Assembly (NCBI RefSeq): GCF_006345805.1
Contig: NC_043001.1
Coordinates: 58,094,001 to 58,158,000, forward strand
DNA: 64,000 nucleotides
From: Octopus sinensis
Lineage: Eukaryota
Direction: 5' to 3'
This document shows, in pieces, positions 63,330 to 64,000 of this stretch. The first letter of the stretch is position 1. The number at the start of each line of letters is the position of its first letter. Position numbers and translations under genes: made by a program. The notes beneath the pieces are model-generated. The model was not told where the DNA came from and made no database searches. It saw nothing but the letters and a program-made list of their open reading frames with translations.

Positions 63330-64000
63330 CTCGGTTAACTTCCAGATACACTCGTTCACTAACACAGTGATGAGTATATTTGTACTCATTTTGCGCTGGT
63401 TTACCGCATTCAATTAATTGGTACTTAACGATTTCGTTTCCTTTCCCACAGATTCAGCTCTTACTCTCTGGTTCAAAGTAAAATTTTATACGCATGGATG
63501 AGCAGGTAGTTTCATACGAAAGTAAATTACCATTGTGTGTGGTGCAAAATTTAGCACATTTTAATCAGATTCATATTGGCCCAGAGTGGTAGAGGTATAA
63601 CAGATTTCTGAGAATAAGTATTGTCACATTATAAATAGATTTGATAATGATAATAAGGCAATATTAACACCTTATTCACACAATACGCAAATATAATAAA
63701 ATCTTTTATATGATACTACAGATATATATTAGATCTAATGAAAGCCAAATGAGAATATTTTGTAATCTACTTATGTGTATGGATAATTAGAAACATTTTA
63801 GTTGAATAAACTCGGTGATTTAATAATTTACTTCATATTTAATAGCGTCCTACATTTTATAACAAGGCACTTCCAGGACTTCAACAAGGTGAGAAATTTT
63901 TGAAAGAGAGAACAAACTATCATTCAACCAGTGGAATTAAACAAGAACTGGTAGAAAATCTGGTATAACATGCTGAATTATTCCGATGTAACTCGATCAA
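63330..64000 (+). pseudogene. Possible LRR-like remnant running off the window end
   Basis: FPQIQLLLSGSK*NFIRM, VVQNLAHFNQI, ILQIYIRSNE...IFCNLL and KLSFNQ. Confidence 0.25.

Overview
AT-rich eukaryotic, repeat-dominated DNA. It is very probably an octopus/coleoid cephalopod; this is inferred from SINE sequences I recognise from memory and from the extreme (TA)n/(CA)n/(AAT)n microsatellite load, not from a search. I find no intact host gene, and most entries in the ORF track are microsatellite or antisense artefacts. Supportable content: (1) Decayed non-LTR retrotransposons: a near full-length CR1/L2-group LINE with a CCCH-finger ORF1, a second CR1-like remnant, two Tx1/L1-like remnants, an RTE remnant ending in three C2H2 fingers, and RLE-type (R4/Dong-like) remnants. 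(2) Penelope-like elements and derivatives carrying minimal hammerhead ribozyme motifs, several of them arranged as foldback elements with outward-pointing hammerheads and/or tRNA-like Pol III heads. (3) Three Helitron remnants, one with intact termini. (4) Four Tc1/mariner remnants. (5) tRNA-derived SINEs and a U6 snRNA pseudogene fused to a SINE head. (6) In the 'unique' DNA between these insertions, a series of plus-strand, heavily decayed leucine-rich-repeat coding remnants, including one LRRCT-TM-TIR-like junction, which suggests a shredded cluster of Toll-like/LRR receptor pseudogenes. The hammerhead and inverted-repeat observations are read directly from the sequence. The LRR/TLR interpretation is manual motif recognition in AT-rich DNA and needs profile-HMM confirmation.
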